Assembly (NCBI RefSeq): GCF_902652985.1 | Contig: NC_047021.1 | Location: 43,958,001-44,022,000, forward strand | From: Pecten maximus | Lineage: Eukaryota | Reading direction: 5' to 3' | DNA length: 64,000 bases | Shown here: piece after piece, positions 25,994-39,600 of the stretch | How the letters are laid out: every line of letters starts with the position of its first letter | How positions within the stretch are numbered: position 1 is the stretch's first letter | The notes under the pieces: generated by a model | Told to the model about the DNA's origin: nothing | Database searches by the model: none | Seen by the model: only the letters and a program-made list of their open reading frames with translations | Made by a program: the position numbers and the translations under genes

Positions 25994-28900
25994 ATGTCTG
26001 CCCCAACACGGAATTTGACATTTTCTTCTTTACGATATTATCGATATCTCCTACGAGGTATGTATCGCATGGTATTATTTCGTAAGTTAAGTACATATTG
26101 AATATCTTCCTTTTGTTTAGCAACAAGCCAAATTAGCCGACTTGGACATCTATACCAAGTGAATCTTTTTGACAGAACATGCGCATCGTCCTCTTCAAAA
26201 ATAATAACATTAAACCAGAGACCTATATACTATATAGGTCTCTGATTAAACTTAGTTACTATAATATATACATTATATAGCTTTTTACATGTAGGTGAAG
26301 AAATCATGCCACCATTATCACTTACCAATAATTGCAGTGTAAAACCAGGTCAGATGAACATCATATATGCAATTTTCATAAATGAAATAAAATAATTAAC
26401 ATTTAAAAGAGGAGAGTAGATCAAAATCATATCGGATAGAAAAAGAGCCGACCAGCGGCCTCTTATGTTACAGGAGTAGGTACGTAACGATGTCTGAATA
26501 TAAAAAATAGCCTCGATATACTGCTTGGTTAGAGAGAAATTATCTTCGGCTCTATAAATTCCAATAATTTTTTGACTAACTTAGACAGGTGCTTCGTTAT
26601 CAAGTCAAGAAGCATTAGTGGTAACACACTCGCTTAAGTTACCTAAGGTTGATTCCCCTATAGGATAGGAAAGGTAAAGGTGCCGTGGTCAATTTTTTCT
26701 CCACAGTAAGACTCGAGCTTGCATGCTTTCATTTGGGCCAACAAGAGTGATTATCATAAGTTAACATTATATATAACTTGTTTCAGATTTGTTGTGAAAT
26801 AAATAAAATTTATTTGTTACAATACAAAGTCATGTAAACAGTTTTAGATTTGAATTATCTGTTTTGAATTGTTTTTGTCTAATGCATTGTTTAAAATATT
26901 TTTTTGAAGTTAGGAGAGGGTATTTGAGAAGTTAATGGTAAAGTTGTAATCTAATCACTTTGCAAATGCAAACTTAAAGCTCCCCCCCCCCCCCCCCCCC
27001 CCCCCCCCTCCCCTACCCCACCCAAAGTAAAAGATAAAAAAAAATTAACACTTCTGGGTACTGAGTTGAGAGTTGTACGTTATTCCATCAAACTATACTA
27101 TGTTGAAGCTTGTGTTATTATTGAATCGTGTGAGAACTTCAATCCTGTACTAACAATAATTCTATCAGACTATACTAAATTCTTCTGTCTTAAAGGAGTT
27201 TCCAAACCAGTGCAGTCTAGGGCAGCGTCAAGTTCATCAAGTGATGACCACACTGATAGGTAAGTATATATTTAGGAGGTATAGATCTGCACTAACAAGC
27301 TGAGATTTATCAGAAATCTTTAAGTTTTATTTGTCATGCTTTGACTATTTCCTCAACACTTGAATGTGTATCGATAATGACACTTTAAAACATCAAGTTG
27401 TAGGCAGCTTTAGCTTCTGTTGCATTGTCGTTGGTAACCCATGTTTGATTGTACTGTCACTTATGTTAAATTTATAGATGTGTAACGAGTCAAGGGTGTG
27501 TTACTAATAATATGCCTGTTGATAAGTCACCAATCAGGGTTGGTTCATTAATATAACATCCAGCAGGGAACCCAGTAGACCTTGACAGTATGTTTTTGAC
27601 TCTCCAAAATCATATTTGACTCTTGGGATTGAAGGAACATGTCTATTTGACATATGTTTCGACCCTTCAAATTTCTGAGAAATGACCGTTTGACTTCTGA
27701 AAACGCTAAAAATCAAGAGTCAACTGGATGCCCCTAATCCAGTCTTTACTTGTAACAGAGCTCAAAGTAGATATTTTTTACCAGGTGGCCTATTAATTGG
27801 CTACCAATTGCAATTAAGTCATAAAATCTAGGTGCCAATTGGAAAAGTTAGTCATCTGGTCTAGTTCGTTGTCGTAAGTTTGGGTAAAAAAACAACTCTT
27901 AATTCTTTAGATCAGCATAACATCTCTGTAACTTTTTTTTATTGTGATCATCATTTTAGCGTTGACTGCAACCTTTGAAAGATTAACCAAATCGCAAATT
28001 CACACAAATTTTTTAGTGGCCATGCAGGCGCCTTATAGGTCAATAACTGGTCGCCAATGTTGAATTTAAGGCGACATGGCCACTGAAATAGGTGCCACTT
28101 TGAGCCCTGTTGTACCATTATATTATACTGAATATTTGTTAAAATTTGTGGAGCTAAATTAAACAATTAATATTTCTCAGTGGTTCAAGGCGGTACTAGT
28201 TTGTAGGTATTAATTTCACACATAACCAACCTGTAACATTCGGCAGAATGTACTTCTACTTATTTTTCTATCAAGGTACAAATTTTCTTGGTGTTAATTT
28301 TGTTGGTGCTATATTCAAACGGCAACGAATGTAGTGAAATTAAATCCCCTAGGCAAATAACCAACCATGTAATAAGTCAAGCTAATTGTAACTTCCGACA
28401 TTTGTATTTCAGGAATTGTTTGCCTCAAGTTGGGAAGTCTTCAAAAACTGGTACTATTGTCTGTTTCCATCCAGAACCAGTATATCCATATGAATACACC
28501 TTGGTAAGCGATACATTATTAGAAATGAGGTCTTTGAGATGTTGTCCAAATTGTTCCGATGTTTGAACAACTTTTTCATATTGGTCTTGTAATGCCAAAA
28601 CAACATGGTAATATTGATAATATGTCATGATTATTTAAAAGTTTTTGAGATGTTGCTGTAATTGAAGATATGTGCTTTCATTTGTTGATAATTAGAGGGG
28701 GAGGAAGACACGCTTGATAGGGTAATAATATAACGAAAATATCTATACCAGCAACAAGCTTCAGAAAACAATGGTTTACACATCACGGATGCATAGAAAA
28801 AATGATGCAACAGTAAATTTGTATATTGATTTTGATATTGTAAGATGTTGACTTTTCCCATTACATTTCTTGCAATCCACCACATCTAGTGATCCACTGC

Positions 28901-30742
28901 GTCTTGCAATCCACCATATCTTGTGATCCACCGCGTCTTGCAATCCACCACATCTTATGATCCACTACGTCTTGCAATACACCAAATCTTGTGATCCATC
29001 GGGTCTTGCAATCCATCACATATTGTGATCCACCAAATCTTGTAATCCACCACATATTGTGATCTAACGTCTTGAAATCCACATCTTGTGGTCCACCACA
29101 TTTTTCAATCCACCACTTCTAGCAATCATCCATGTCTTATTATCCCTTGTGCCGTGTGATGTCTTGACTTGTTATGTTTTACATTTCAGCCACTGCCCAG
29201 GAATGAAGTAGAACTAGGGGAGGTAATTCATAACTTTTCTACATTCTGATTAAATGCCTGTGATTTTGTTCAGGACAGTAACACTTTGTTATATATATAT
29301 ATGTATAGATTTTCTATGATTTTATGGTTTGTGGGAATATCTTGTGTACAATGTTGTGCAGCTGTGTATCTACAGACTTACAAGGTCTGATTTTAATATC
29401 AGACTTATTTGTAATTTTCAGTTTACTCCCCGCATTTGACGACAATTGTTCAAAATGATACAAAGAAAAAGACTATACACAGAGGTGTAATTTAGTAGGA
29501 TACAATATTAAAATCTCTGACATAGGTTAGCAAGGGTCAAGCTGTATATTTAAATATCTCTCATAATATCATCAATTTGAATCTTAGATTCTTTCAAATT
29601 ATGTTTTTCTTAACAAAATATCAAAAACATACACAAAATGTATTTTATTGTGAACTTCATTGTTTGATTGAGCATTTCCTGGAAGATTTTATAAAGATGG
29701 ATTAATCAGGAATTGTTGTTTTGTTCCAGGGAGATTCTGCATTGAGTGTGCAGGCTCAGCGCCAACAATTGCTGAGGTTCCGAGAGGACGGACCAACGCG
29801 ACATGAACTGGCTAATATGTTCCACACGACCAAACATCAATGGTACCCAAAGTAAGTATATCTGTCTTCTACATTAAAATATATACGTAAGTTTTATGGA
29901 GAACATTTCTAGAACAATACATGTGAGGACTCAAATTAATGTTATCTGAAGAGTTATCTGGTACCCAAAGTAAGTATATCTGTCTTCTACATTAAAATAT
30001 ATACGTAAGTTTTATGGAGAACATTTCTAGAACAATACATGTGAGGACTCAAATTAATGTTATCTGAAGAGTAAGATCCCAGACAACTTGTGGATTTGTG
30101 TTGATAAACAGGAACCAAGCGTCACTGGTTGTAAACAAACATCTGTTGTAAGAATTCTCCTTCATTGATTTATGACTGTTCCTGAATTTAAATTAGAAAA
30201 TACACTGTATACAAGACGATTCTAGCTGGACTCATATATTACAATGTAAAAGGCCTAGCAACCACATGGACTTAATATTACAATGTAAATACCATTTTCA
30301 TACATTCATCAAGGATGGGGTTGCCATTTTAACCAAATGTTGGTCTAACCCCTTAGTTTAACAATTGGCTTTTAAACACATGGGGGAGTGCCCTAATTCA
30401 TCTAGACTGTTTTCAACACACGAGGCCACATACTACAGCAAAAATACTTTGGGCAATTGTATGAACCTTAATCCCCCTATAACTGAAGGTTAAGTACACT
30501 CCCCCCTATAACTGAAGGTTAAGTACACTCAAGTTGGTACCCCATTCCAAATCAGTCGGAGACCTCAAGGTACAGAATCTTTTAAATATCGTATATTATA
30601 CAACCACATGAAAATGCCATGGGGAACAATATATTGTGGTAAGTTCGTGTAGTATACAAGTTGTATTTTTTTTCTTTTTTTTTTCAGTACGGCAGACAAG
30701 TACAGGAAACCCAAGCCACCAAAAGATCGTGAAGCAATTTGA
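25994..30742 (+). CDS. MRPL42: Mitochondrial ribosomal protein mL42 (MRPL42/MRPS32 family), 142 aa, 6 exons
   Basis: Exons 25994-26057, 27196-27259, 28413-28503, 29190-29222, 29730-29851 and 30688-30742 are all GT-AG and in frame (429 nt). The protein has an Arg/Ser-rich presequence-like N-terminus, then TGTIVCFHPEPVYPYEYTLPLPR, DGPTRHELANMFHTTKHQWYP and PKPPKDR. These match human MRPL42 motifs (TIVCYHP..PYEHTKP, LSKMFFTTKHRWYP, PPKDR). AATAAA at 30755. Confidence 0.93.
26216..26244. mobile_element. 29-bp palindromic micro-transposon with 7-bp TSD
   Basis: CAGAGACCTATATA-C-TATATAGGTCTCTG, flanked by ATTAAAC on both sides. Confidence 0.8.
28868..29130. repeat. Degenerate ~17-bp minisatellite in MRPL42 intron 3
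   Basis: Repeats of TCTTG(C/T)(A/G)ATCCACCACA. Confidence 0.8.
29841..30073 (+). repeat. 118-bp tandem duplication spanning the MRPL42 exon 5 donor
   Basis: TGGTACCCAAAGTAAGTATATCTG...GTTATCTGAAGAGT is present at 29841 and 29959. Confidence 0.95.
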
Positions 30743-31485
30743 TGGAGATATCTTAATAAATTTTTGCATTTTTCTTTTAATTGTTCAGTTGTTTGTATGG
30801 GCAGCAAACTTACTAGTAAAATAACAAGACAAATTGGTGAATTACTGTCCCCTACCAGATTTGAAAGTACAAATGTATGGTATATGGCAAGTATGCACAA
30901 ACAATGAATTCATAAAAACAATCTTGTCTATAAGGTACAACCCCGACCAACCTTTTCTTTGATGTTGGTCAAAGGTAAATAGGTCCGTGTGAATATGTGA
31001 TAAGCTTGGACAAATTTTCTTTGATGTAGGTTTAAGATCTAATGTAGGTCAGAGTGACCCAATTTTGACAAATGACACACCACCTCACCTAGGTGAACTT
31101 AGGCCAAAAGTATGAAGTTCCCGGGTCAAGTAGTGTACGAGGTAGACCCCAAATAACGTTTTCTCTTCAATAATGAAGTTTCTGTGTCAAAGTGCAAGAG
31201 ATAAAGCCTAGACAAGATAATGTGTGGACGGACGGACAGACGGACAAATTGCAAGATTAGGCCCCCTTGCCCAATGGGAACAGCGACTAATAAATATCTA
31301 ACAAATGTTTTCTATTTTCCTGACTAGATCATGAAGTTGGAGCTTTGTGAATAATGCTCAGGAGATATGGGGAGATAGCTCACCACCACAAACTGTTACC
31401 ATCCAAGAGGATAAAACGCACTATACAGTACAAAGAAGTCTGGACAAAATATACATTGTAATACTGACATTAACAAAGAGAAATA

Positions 31486-31765
31486 ACTGTCATAATACAG
31501 CTAAATCTATTATAATACTGTTGTAATACAGCTAAATCTATTATAATACTGTCATAATACAGCTAAATCTATTATAATACTGTCGTAATACAGCTAAATC
31601 TATTATAATACTGTCGTAATACAGCTAAATCTATTATAATACTGTCGTAATACAGCTAAATCTATTATAATACTGTCGAAATATAGCTAAATCTATTATA
31701 ATACTGTCGTAATATAGCTAAATCTATTATAATACTGTTGTAATGCAGCTAAATCAATTATAACT
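31486..31765. repeat. 31-bp minisatellite, ~9 copies
   Basis: Unit TACTGTCGTAATACAGCTAAATCTATTATAA. Confidence 0.95.
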
Positions 31766-31809
31766 ATTGCAGAAAAAGTGGAATCAAAATGCTGGTCCGG
31801 TTTCGTTTA

Positions 31810-32060
31810 TTAGTTAGGTTTTTAGTCCCATGAACAGCCAGGGTCATTTTGAGGCTCTTTGTCGTAGTTGGTGACTACCTCACTGAACAACATAGGGTAG
31901 GCCCGTCGCATTCCATCCATGGCAGTAAGGGTAAAGTGTCTTGCCCAAGGACACAACCATGACAAAATAGACCAGTCTGTTTCTCAGCTTCCTGGAACAC
32001 AGATCTTCATCTGAGGTTACGTGGCCGGTGCTTTAACCCACTGAGCTATCATGGCTGCTT
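31810..32060 (-). mobile_element. CORE-type tRNA-derived SINE
   Basis: Same family as 38962-39250, with GATAGCTCAGTGG head and GTGTCCTTGGGCAAGACACTTTACC core. Confidence 0.82.
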
Positions 32061-33617
32061 AGGTTAATTCAATCGCAAATGTACATAATCTTGATTGTAA
32101 AGCCTACTTAATTTCAAAGAGGTTGGTTGAAAAATGAAGATGTCTATATATACAAGGGCATGCAGGTTTACTACGGACAGACAATGCCACAATACCTACA
32201 AATGTTTGAACGGTGAACAAAGAATCAGAAAGACAAAGAAATACAAATGTAAATTTATAGATAATGATATCATTACATGTACAGTGTACCTTTCAGCATG
32301 TTCCTGCTCTAAACGTAGCCGATATTTTTCACTTAATTTTACTGCTGTCGATTGACCTCTCAGTGACAAGTTGAAAGATGTTATTATAATATACTAGATA
32401 TTTCACAGGGCCTTGCCACAATTTCGTAATCCATAGTCTGCATCTCTTGATACATATAGGGAGAAGGTTATAAGGAAATTGTACCAAGTCCCTGTGATCA
32501 ATTCCAGAAAAAAAATATGTATAACAACAGTTGATGAAATATTTGTGTGCATATAAAACTCTTTATATTTGAGTAATTGATAGCCAGAATTTGTTTTTCA
32601 AGGGACAGAATCTATTGCACAATTATCCAAAACATGCCAGCGAACTTGGATTTCATCTAAAAAGTTGAAATAAAACCCAAAATTATCCCTTAGTTTGTAT
32701 ATATCATCTAAAACAGATCACCAAGTTAGTTCTTTGATTTCAGAAAACAATTGTTCATAATTATACAATTAATAGTAATACTGGACAACATTATGGCTGC
32801 CACAACTGTCATGATGGTTTCGAATCAACCCAAAAATGTATTAAAAATCTCTTAGTCTTAACTAGTAATTCCTACCAAGTTTCGGTTAAACCGGTATAAC
32901 TATATCAGCCATAATTAAATAAATTATTAATAAACACATGGTATCGATCCCCTAGGGTTCTGTAAGGTATGCCCTTGAGAAGTTTGAAATAAAAATTGCA
33001 AAAATTATTGCATATTATGAGAATGTTAAAATTTAGCACCATTATTTTTTAAGTGATGGCCTTCTTTGACTGTTGATTGAACTGCAAAATATCTCTTTGG
33101 TTGCATATCATTTCAGAATCCTAACATTGGAAGTTTTAAGGTAAAGCTTTCAACATTTAGCAGACTGATATAATGTTCGGAGTGGGTTGATACTCAAATA
33201 TGGACAATTTTCTTTCCAGGAACTTTTCAGGCACATATCTCATTTAAGGTACAAAGTCAAACAATACCATGCTTCAGTAGCCTATTGCTCAGTAGTATGA
33301 AAGTTTATTTTCTAGTACAAACTTGTAGGAAAATATATTTTCCATTTGATGGCAGTCTAAAAGTTCATTTCCAAGTAGTACCACCGGAACAATAATTCTT
33401 TGCGGTAATTAATTTAAACCAGCACAACGGTGCACATTCAGCTTTAAGGGCGAAATCACACCTAAGAACAACGCACCAATTGACACTAATCTAGTTTTCT
33501 TCAATTTCAAGGAACAGAAAAACGAAAATTGTTTTGTTCTGAAGTGCTTATTGGCCTAAAGAATTTAGTTCCTACAGACACAAGTTTAACATTTAACAAC
33601 AACTAAATGTCGATTGG

Positions 33618-36600
33618 TCAAGTGTCCATTGGTTTGTCCGTGCTAGGTTTGGTGTCAGCGGTCTGGTTAAGTGTGGACTGGTGTGCAGAAGAAGTATCCA
33701 TCTTGAGAACTTCGCGGAGAGCCATGGTCGCATAGCAAGCTGGCGGCAGTGTCATCACCAGTTTCAGGGCCTTCAGAGCAGCACCTGCAACATAGGGTTA
33801 TCGGCTTCAAAATTTGATGTAAAAATAAATACACAATCTACGATCCAGGTTTTCAACTGTCAGCAAACAAGAAATGAGTTGGACTGCATATTTCTGAGTG
33901 CAAGATGATACAATTTTTGTATCCTCTCCAAATTCATTTAAATTAATTTTACATACAGATGGATAGGAAACATGGTCCTTGGAAATACACAATCTTAATC
34001 AGGATTTCTTTGAATCTAAGAAATCACAATTTGTTTTTTTCACTTTTTAATACCACCCCATCCCTTTGGTTTTGTTTGTTTGTTTGTTTTTGTTTAACGT
34101 CCTATTAACAGCCAGGGTCATTTAAGGACGTGCCAGGGTTTGGAGATGGAGGAAAGCTGGAGTACCCGGAGAAAAACCACCGGCCTACGGTCAGCACCTG
34201 GCAACTGCCCCACGTAGGTTTCAACCTCGCAACCCAGAGGTAGAGGGCTAGTGATAAAGTGTCGGGACACCTTAACCACTCGGCCACCGCGGCCCCACAC
34301 CACCATTCCTATGTTATCGAAAGACAAACCTATCTGGTAGACGACTATCATGCTACTACAGTGGTTTTCCAGACCAGACCTTGCTTTATAGTTGTAATTA
34401 CTCATTAGAATTCCTTGCAAAATTTTAAGAAAAGAACTACTGGTGATTTTTTTTTTTTGAGGAGTTCAAATATATCAATTGAAACAACATTCAACAGGGG
34501 CTAATCTAGGATTTGGAGAATACTACCCATTATGAAATTTAGGGGAAATGAAGGGGCCAAAGTGTCTTGAGTTATTCTTTAAATTTTAACATTTGACAGC
34601 TATAATTTGCTATAATTCTTACATATTTCATCAAAATTTGAGGGATTTCCCCTCTTTTGGAAAACTTTTCCCCGGTTTTATGGCATTTTTTCTTGATGGG
34701 GAATTTGTTTTTATTCAGTGGGGAATACTAACTAATTTCAGTTGTAAAAATGGTCTAGATTAACATCTGTTCAATGTGGATGAAGACTCGGTAACCAAAA
34801 AATGCAGGTTCACAAGATCTACCTGGTATAGACTTTGGTTCAGACATGCCCTCGAGCCTGTCAACGTCGCTCAGCACTAACGGCAGCGTCACATCGTCAT
34901 ACTTGTAGATCTGCCAGGTGACGTCCGTCGGCCGAGCCAGCATCTTCCTGTACGTCCCCTTCAATGTGTACTGCCTGGTATAGAAAACAGAAAATGCGTG
35001 ACGAGACTGATGATAGAATCGATTCCACAGATATTCAGTGTTTGTTTACAACTTTCTTGTTAAAATAGTATAGACTTATTATAATACAACAATTGCAAAA
35101 CAATTTATCAACTGAAATTAATTACTCATGTTGGCACAGATGGAAGGTGCGTGAGGGGTTTCACTATTGGAGGAAACTGGATACATGGAGTACCCAGAGA
35201 AACTTACATGGTCATGTCGGTGATACTCCTTCATTAAGGCCTAGGAGATAGCAAATGCATTATAACTGGTTCACCATCCGACCACAACTTTTTATGTATG
35301 ACATTTAAAGGTTTTTTAAATACACTGGTTGTTACACATGGATGTACACACTCTACCTTAATCCCTTTTACGCTTTCTTACATTATCAAAACATGTACAT
35401 CATATTTCTCTCTTCAATAACTTGGCAATTATGTTACAAAATAAACATTGACAAAATCAATAACTGTTTATGATAATAGAAAAGAAACCAGGGTAGATTA
35501 AAAACCAGGAAAAGTGTCCAAACGATGGGCAGTGGGGAAAGTGTCCGAACGATGGGCAGTGGGGAAAGTGTCCAAACGATGGGCAGTGGGGAAAGTGTCC
35601 GAACGATGGGCAGTGGGGAAAGTGACCTAACGATGGGCAGTGGGGAAAGCGACCTAACGATGGGCAGTGGGGAAAGTGTCCAAACGATGGGCAGTGGGGA
35701 AAGCGACCTAACGATGGGCAGTGGGGAAAGTGACCAAACGATGGGCAGTGGGGAAAGTGTCCGAACGATGGGCAGTGGGGAAAGTGACCTAACGATGGGC
35801 AGTGGGGAAAGCGACCTAACGATGGGCAGTGGGGAAAGTGTCCAAACGATGGGCAGTGGGGAAAGTGTCCAAACGATGGGCAGTGGGGAAAGTGTCCGAA
35901 CGATGGGCAGTGGGGAAACAGACCGCACGATGGGCAGTGGGGAAAGCGACCTAACGATGGGCAGTGGGGAAAGTGACTGAACGATGGGCAGTGGGAAAAG
36001 TGACTGAATAATTATGAGACAACAATTAGATGAAACCTCTGGTAATGTGCAATTTAGAATATGTACTAACTTGTTTTTATGTCGGAAACTCTCTATAGTG
36101 AGTTTATCCTTCTCCAGAATCTCCGTAATCCAGTCCTTTGCTGTGAAACAGAAGGAAAAACTTTTACTATGTAATATCTTGACTTGTGATATATAACTAA
36201 GTAAAACTTCGTAATTTGATAGTGTGTTCAGTAATAACAGTTAGTGGCTTATCATTTCACTATACTAGTGCTGCACACGACGAAAAGATCAAAATATACG
36301 CAAAACAAGTGAAACATTTTTATTCTATATATATACCTTACACATATATTTCCATATTCAAACATAAAAAAATCACATGAATTTTAAAAGAGTACTTGAT
36401 ATTAAATCAATATAGGAATCTATTAGTATCATATTTGATATCATTTATCTAATATGAAAATTCCCTGTCATCTCACCAAAAAGTCTGTTACTTATTTAAA
36501 AGCCAGGAAATTATCATTTTGTAACATACCATAAATATCCGGCAATAACCTCATGTCTATAAATAAAGCCCATGTCTGTTGATAAGCCAATGTCTGTTAA

Positions 36601-39600
36601 TAAGCCCATGTCTTGTAATAAGTCCTTGTCTGATTTTAAGCCCATGTCTTGTAATAACTTCTTGTCTGAATATAAGCCCATGTCTGGTAATACCATGTCT
36701 GTTAATAAAATCATGTTTGATAAAAAGCCAATGTCGTGTAATAAGCCCATGTCTGGTAATAAGCCCATGTCTGGTAATAAGCCCCTCCATATATATACAA
36801 TGCAGTCCAGCCAAAATGCTAACAAATATCATAATTTCATTGTCCAGCAATAATCCTCGCCTTTTCTTTGAGTCAAAGTATGGTGTTGGTCCCCTGGGCT
36901 TACAGCAGAATAAATATGGTATCTTTTAATCCTTGAATTGCAAAAATTCTGCGAATACTTTTTTATGAAACAGATGGATATTTAATATACAATGGTCCTA
37001 GCTATCATATAATCATTTTGACATATACATTATAACCTACCAGCATTCTCCGGAAACATCACATCGTAACCGGGAATCGTCATAACAACATCGTAAATTG
37101 TGTAGTCCTTGATGTTGGACTCGTTCACTACGATGGGCTGCATCTGGAATCTTTTCCCATCCCCCTCATCCTCATCTGGAAACAGATAATGTGACAGATA
37201 TGTAAGAGTTTTTATTACAAAACACAAACCTGAAGAAATCATTCTCCAGCTGTCATTAAAGATCCATTGCGATTGCCCAGCAGATTGACAAACCTTGAAC
37301 TAGTAACAAGGCCCATGTCAGTTCCAGAATTGTTTTTATCAGTGTATTTGCCATTACTCCTAGAGTGCCCCTTTCCCTATACCTATTGTTAAGATTTTTC
37401 TGTAAAAATGAACCCAACTCTATTCCTGACCAGATAATTAATAACAATTATTTACTGATGTGTGACACAGTTATCACCCCTACACTGACCACTGAGAAAA
37501 AGCTGAATTTTACAATTTTTTTTATTTCCTATTTTAGCAGCCTAGGTGCTAAAGTACTTTGGAACCACCAGATTTTTTAAGCTTTAAAACTTTACCGTAA
37601 TGAACTCAAATAAACTGGAGTGTTATCAAATATGAATGATATGTGTTAAAATTGTCAAAATGATTATTTTCACTGAAAACTTTCTACTGATTTGAACTGA
37701 ATCATCTAGGATTATCATAGTTTCAGCCATGGACTGTTATTAATTCTGACTTTATAATGGAGGGCTATTCCATTAAAATATCTACCTGACACCATGACTC
37801 CACAATAAATCACTTTTATCCATGGTTGGATTGCCTTCCTATAACCACAATTCAATTTGTTAAATAAATTCTACAATAGGTGGTGCCCTATAACCAAAGC
37901 ACTTTTATCTCCCATTCTATGACTGGATACCCCGATGGGTACAGACGGTCCCAGCATACCTTCATCTCCGTCCAGACTCTGCTCCATATCTGCGGACTGT
38001 GACGGAAGCACTAGGTCTCCTTTAACTGGCCTCATCCCGAACTCATGAATCCGGCGTGACACAACACAGTTCCATATATAGCTCTGGTAACTATGGAGAT
38101 ACATCAGCCGTGTGTTCCTCGGTATCTACAGAAAAAAAACATTTCACACAATAAAGTGTCTCCGATTACTGAATATATTCATGGCATTGGTTTGTGGTTT
38201 GGTTTGTTTTTGTTTAACGTCATATTAACAGCCAGGGTCAATTAAGGATGTGCCTGGTTTTGGAGGTGGAGAGGCGGAGTACCCGGAGAAGAACCACCGA
38301 CCTATGGTCAGTACCAGGCGAGTGCCCCACTTGGGTTTTGAACTCGCCATCCAGAGGTGGAGGGCTAGTGATATTCATGGCATATGTTATAGTCTATTTC
38401 AAATATGTTACTTGCTGTGTGAGGTCTATTTTTCATGCAGTTATAGCTTTTGTATAAAAGTGATAGTAACAGAAGCCAAAAAAAAAAAAAAAAGTTTTGT
38501 TCTCAGGCCAATTTTTTTTCCCCAAAATGGATGCAAAAGGGAGGCATATTTTTTTTCATTTTACACTTTGGATTTTCCTCTAACCTACCAAAACAGTGTG
38601 TCTCCCTAAATACCCTTAAGGACACCACATACTTTCAGTCTGACTTACCATTCCGAAGGCCCCACAAAAATTCTTGCTGTTCTTTTTGAGGCCAGTGAGG
38701 AGGGTGCGTTCTATTCCGTAACGTTTGGGGAAGGACTTCAGGGCAGCGCTACAATCCCGCTTTTCCCACCACAAACGACGACACTCTGCAATATCTCCGT
38801 GTTCTGGAAATTATCACACATAGATTATCATCAAATCCATCATGTCTACGAAAACCATTGACTTCGAAAGCTAGTGGATCCTCTGCTTGTACAACATTTT
38901 CACACTACAATTCCTCTAAAAAGAATTTTACACTCTTTCCTATTGATTATAAATGATGATCAGTTTGTTTTGTTGTTTGTTTGCTGGATTTATCATCCCG
39001 TGAACAGCAAATGTCATTTTGAGGCGGAGTCTCCTTGTAGTAGTTGGTGACAACTCACTGCACAACATACGAGAGACCCGCCACATGCAATCCAGATCAA
39101 TTAGGTTAAAGTGTCTTGCCCATGAACACAACCATGACAGTACAGATCAGCAAGTTTCTCCCCCTCCTGAGATCCAACCACACAAATCGGATCTTCACCT
39201 GAGATTACGTGGCCAGGCACTCTTACCGACTGAGCTATCGTGGCCCCCAGGACAACGATCAGATTGACTTACTCATCGTTTAACATCAGTTCATCTGATA
39301 ATTGACTGTAATTTTTTTCACAATTGATCACTTTATATAAATACTTCCACAAATTTCAAAGTCCATATATACAATAATATCCATAATAAGGATATCCATT
39401 GTTGAAACAGTTCATTCATAAATTCAAATTCTAGCTAAGTAGGGCATTAAAGTTAAATTCACAACATAAATAAATATAATATGACTGCAACCAAGAATGT
39501 ACATTTTCTAGATATAGAACGAACAGTTAGCTAATTATGAAAATCAATTAATTACATCGGAAGGCCTTTCCAATCATAATTGATTTAATGGTCTGTGAAT

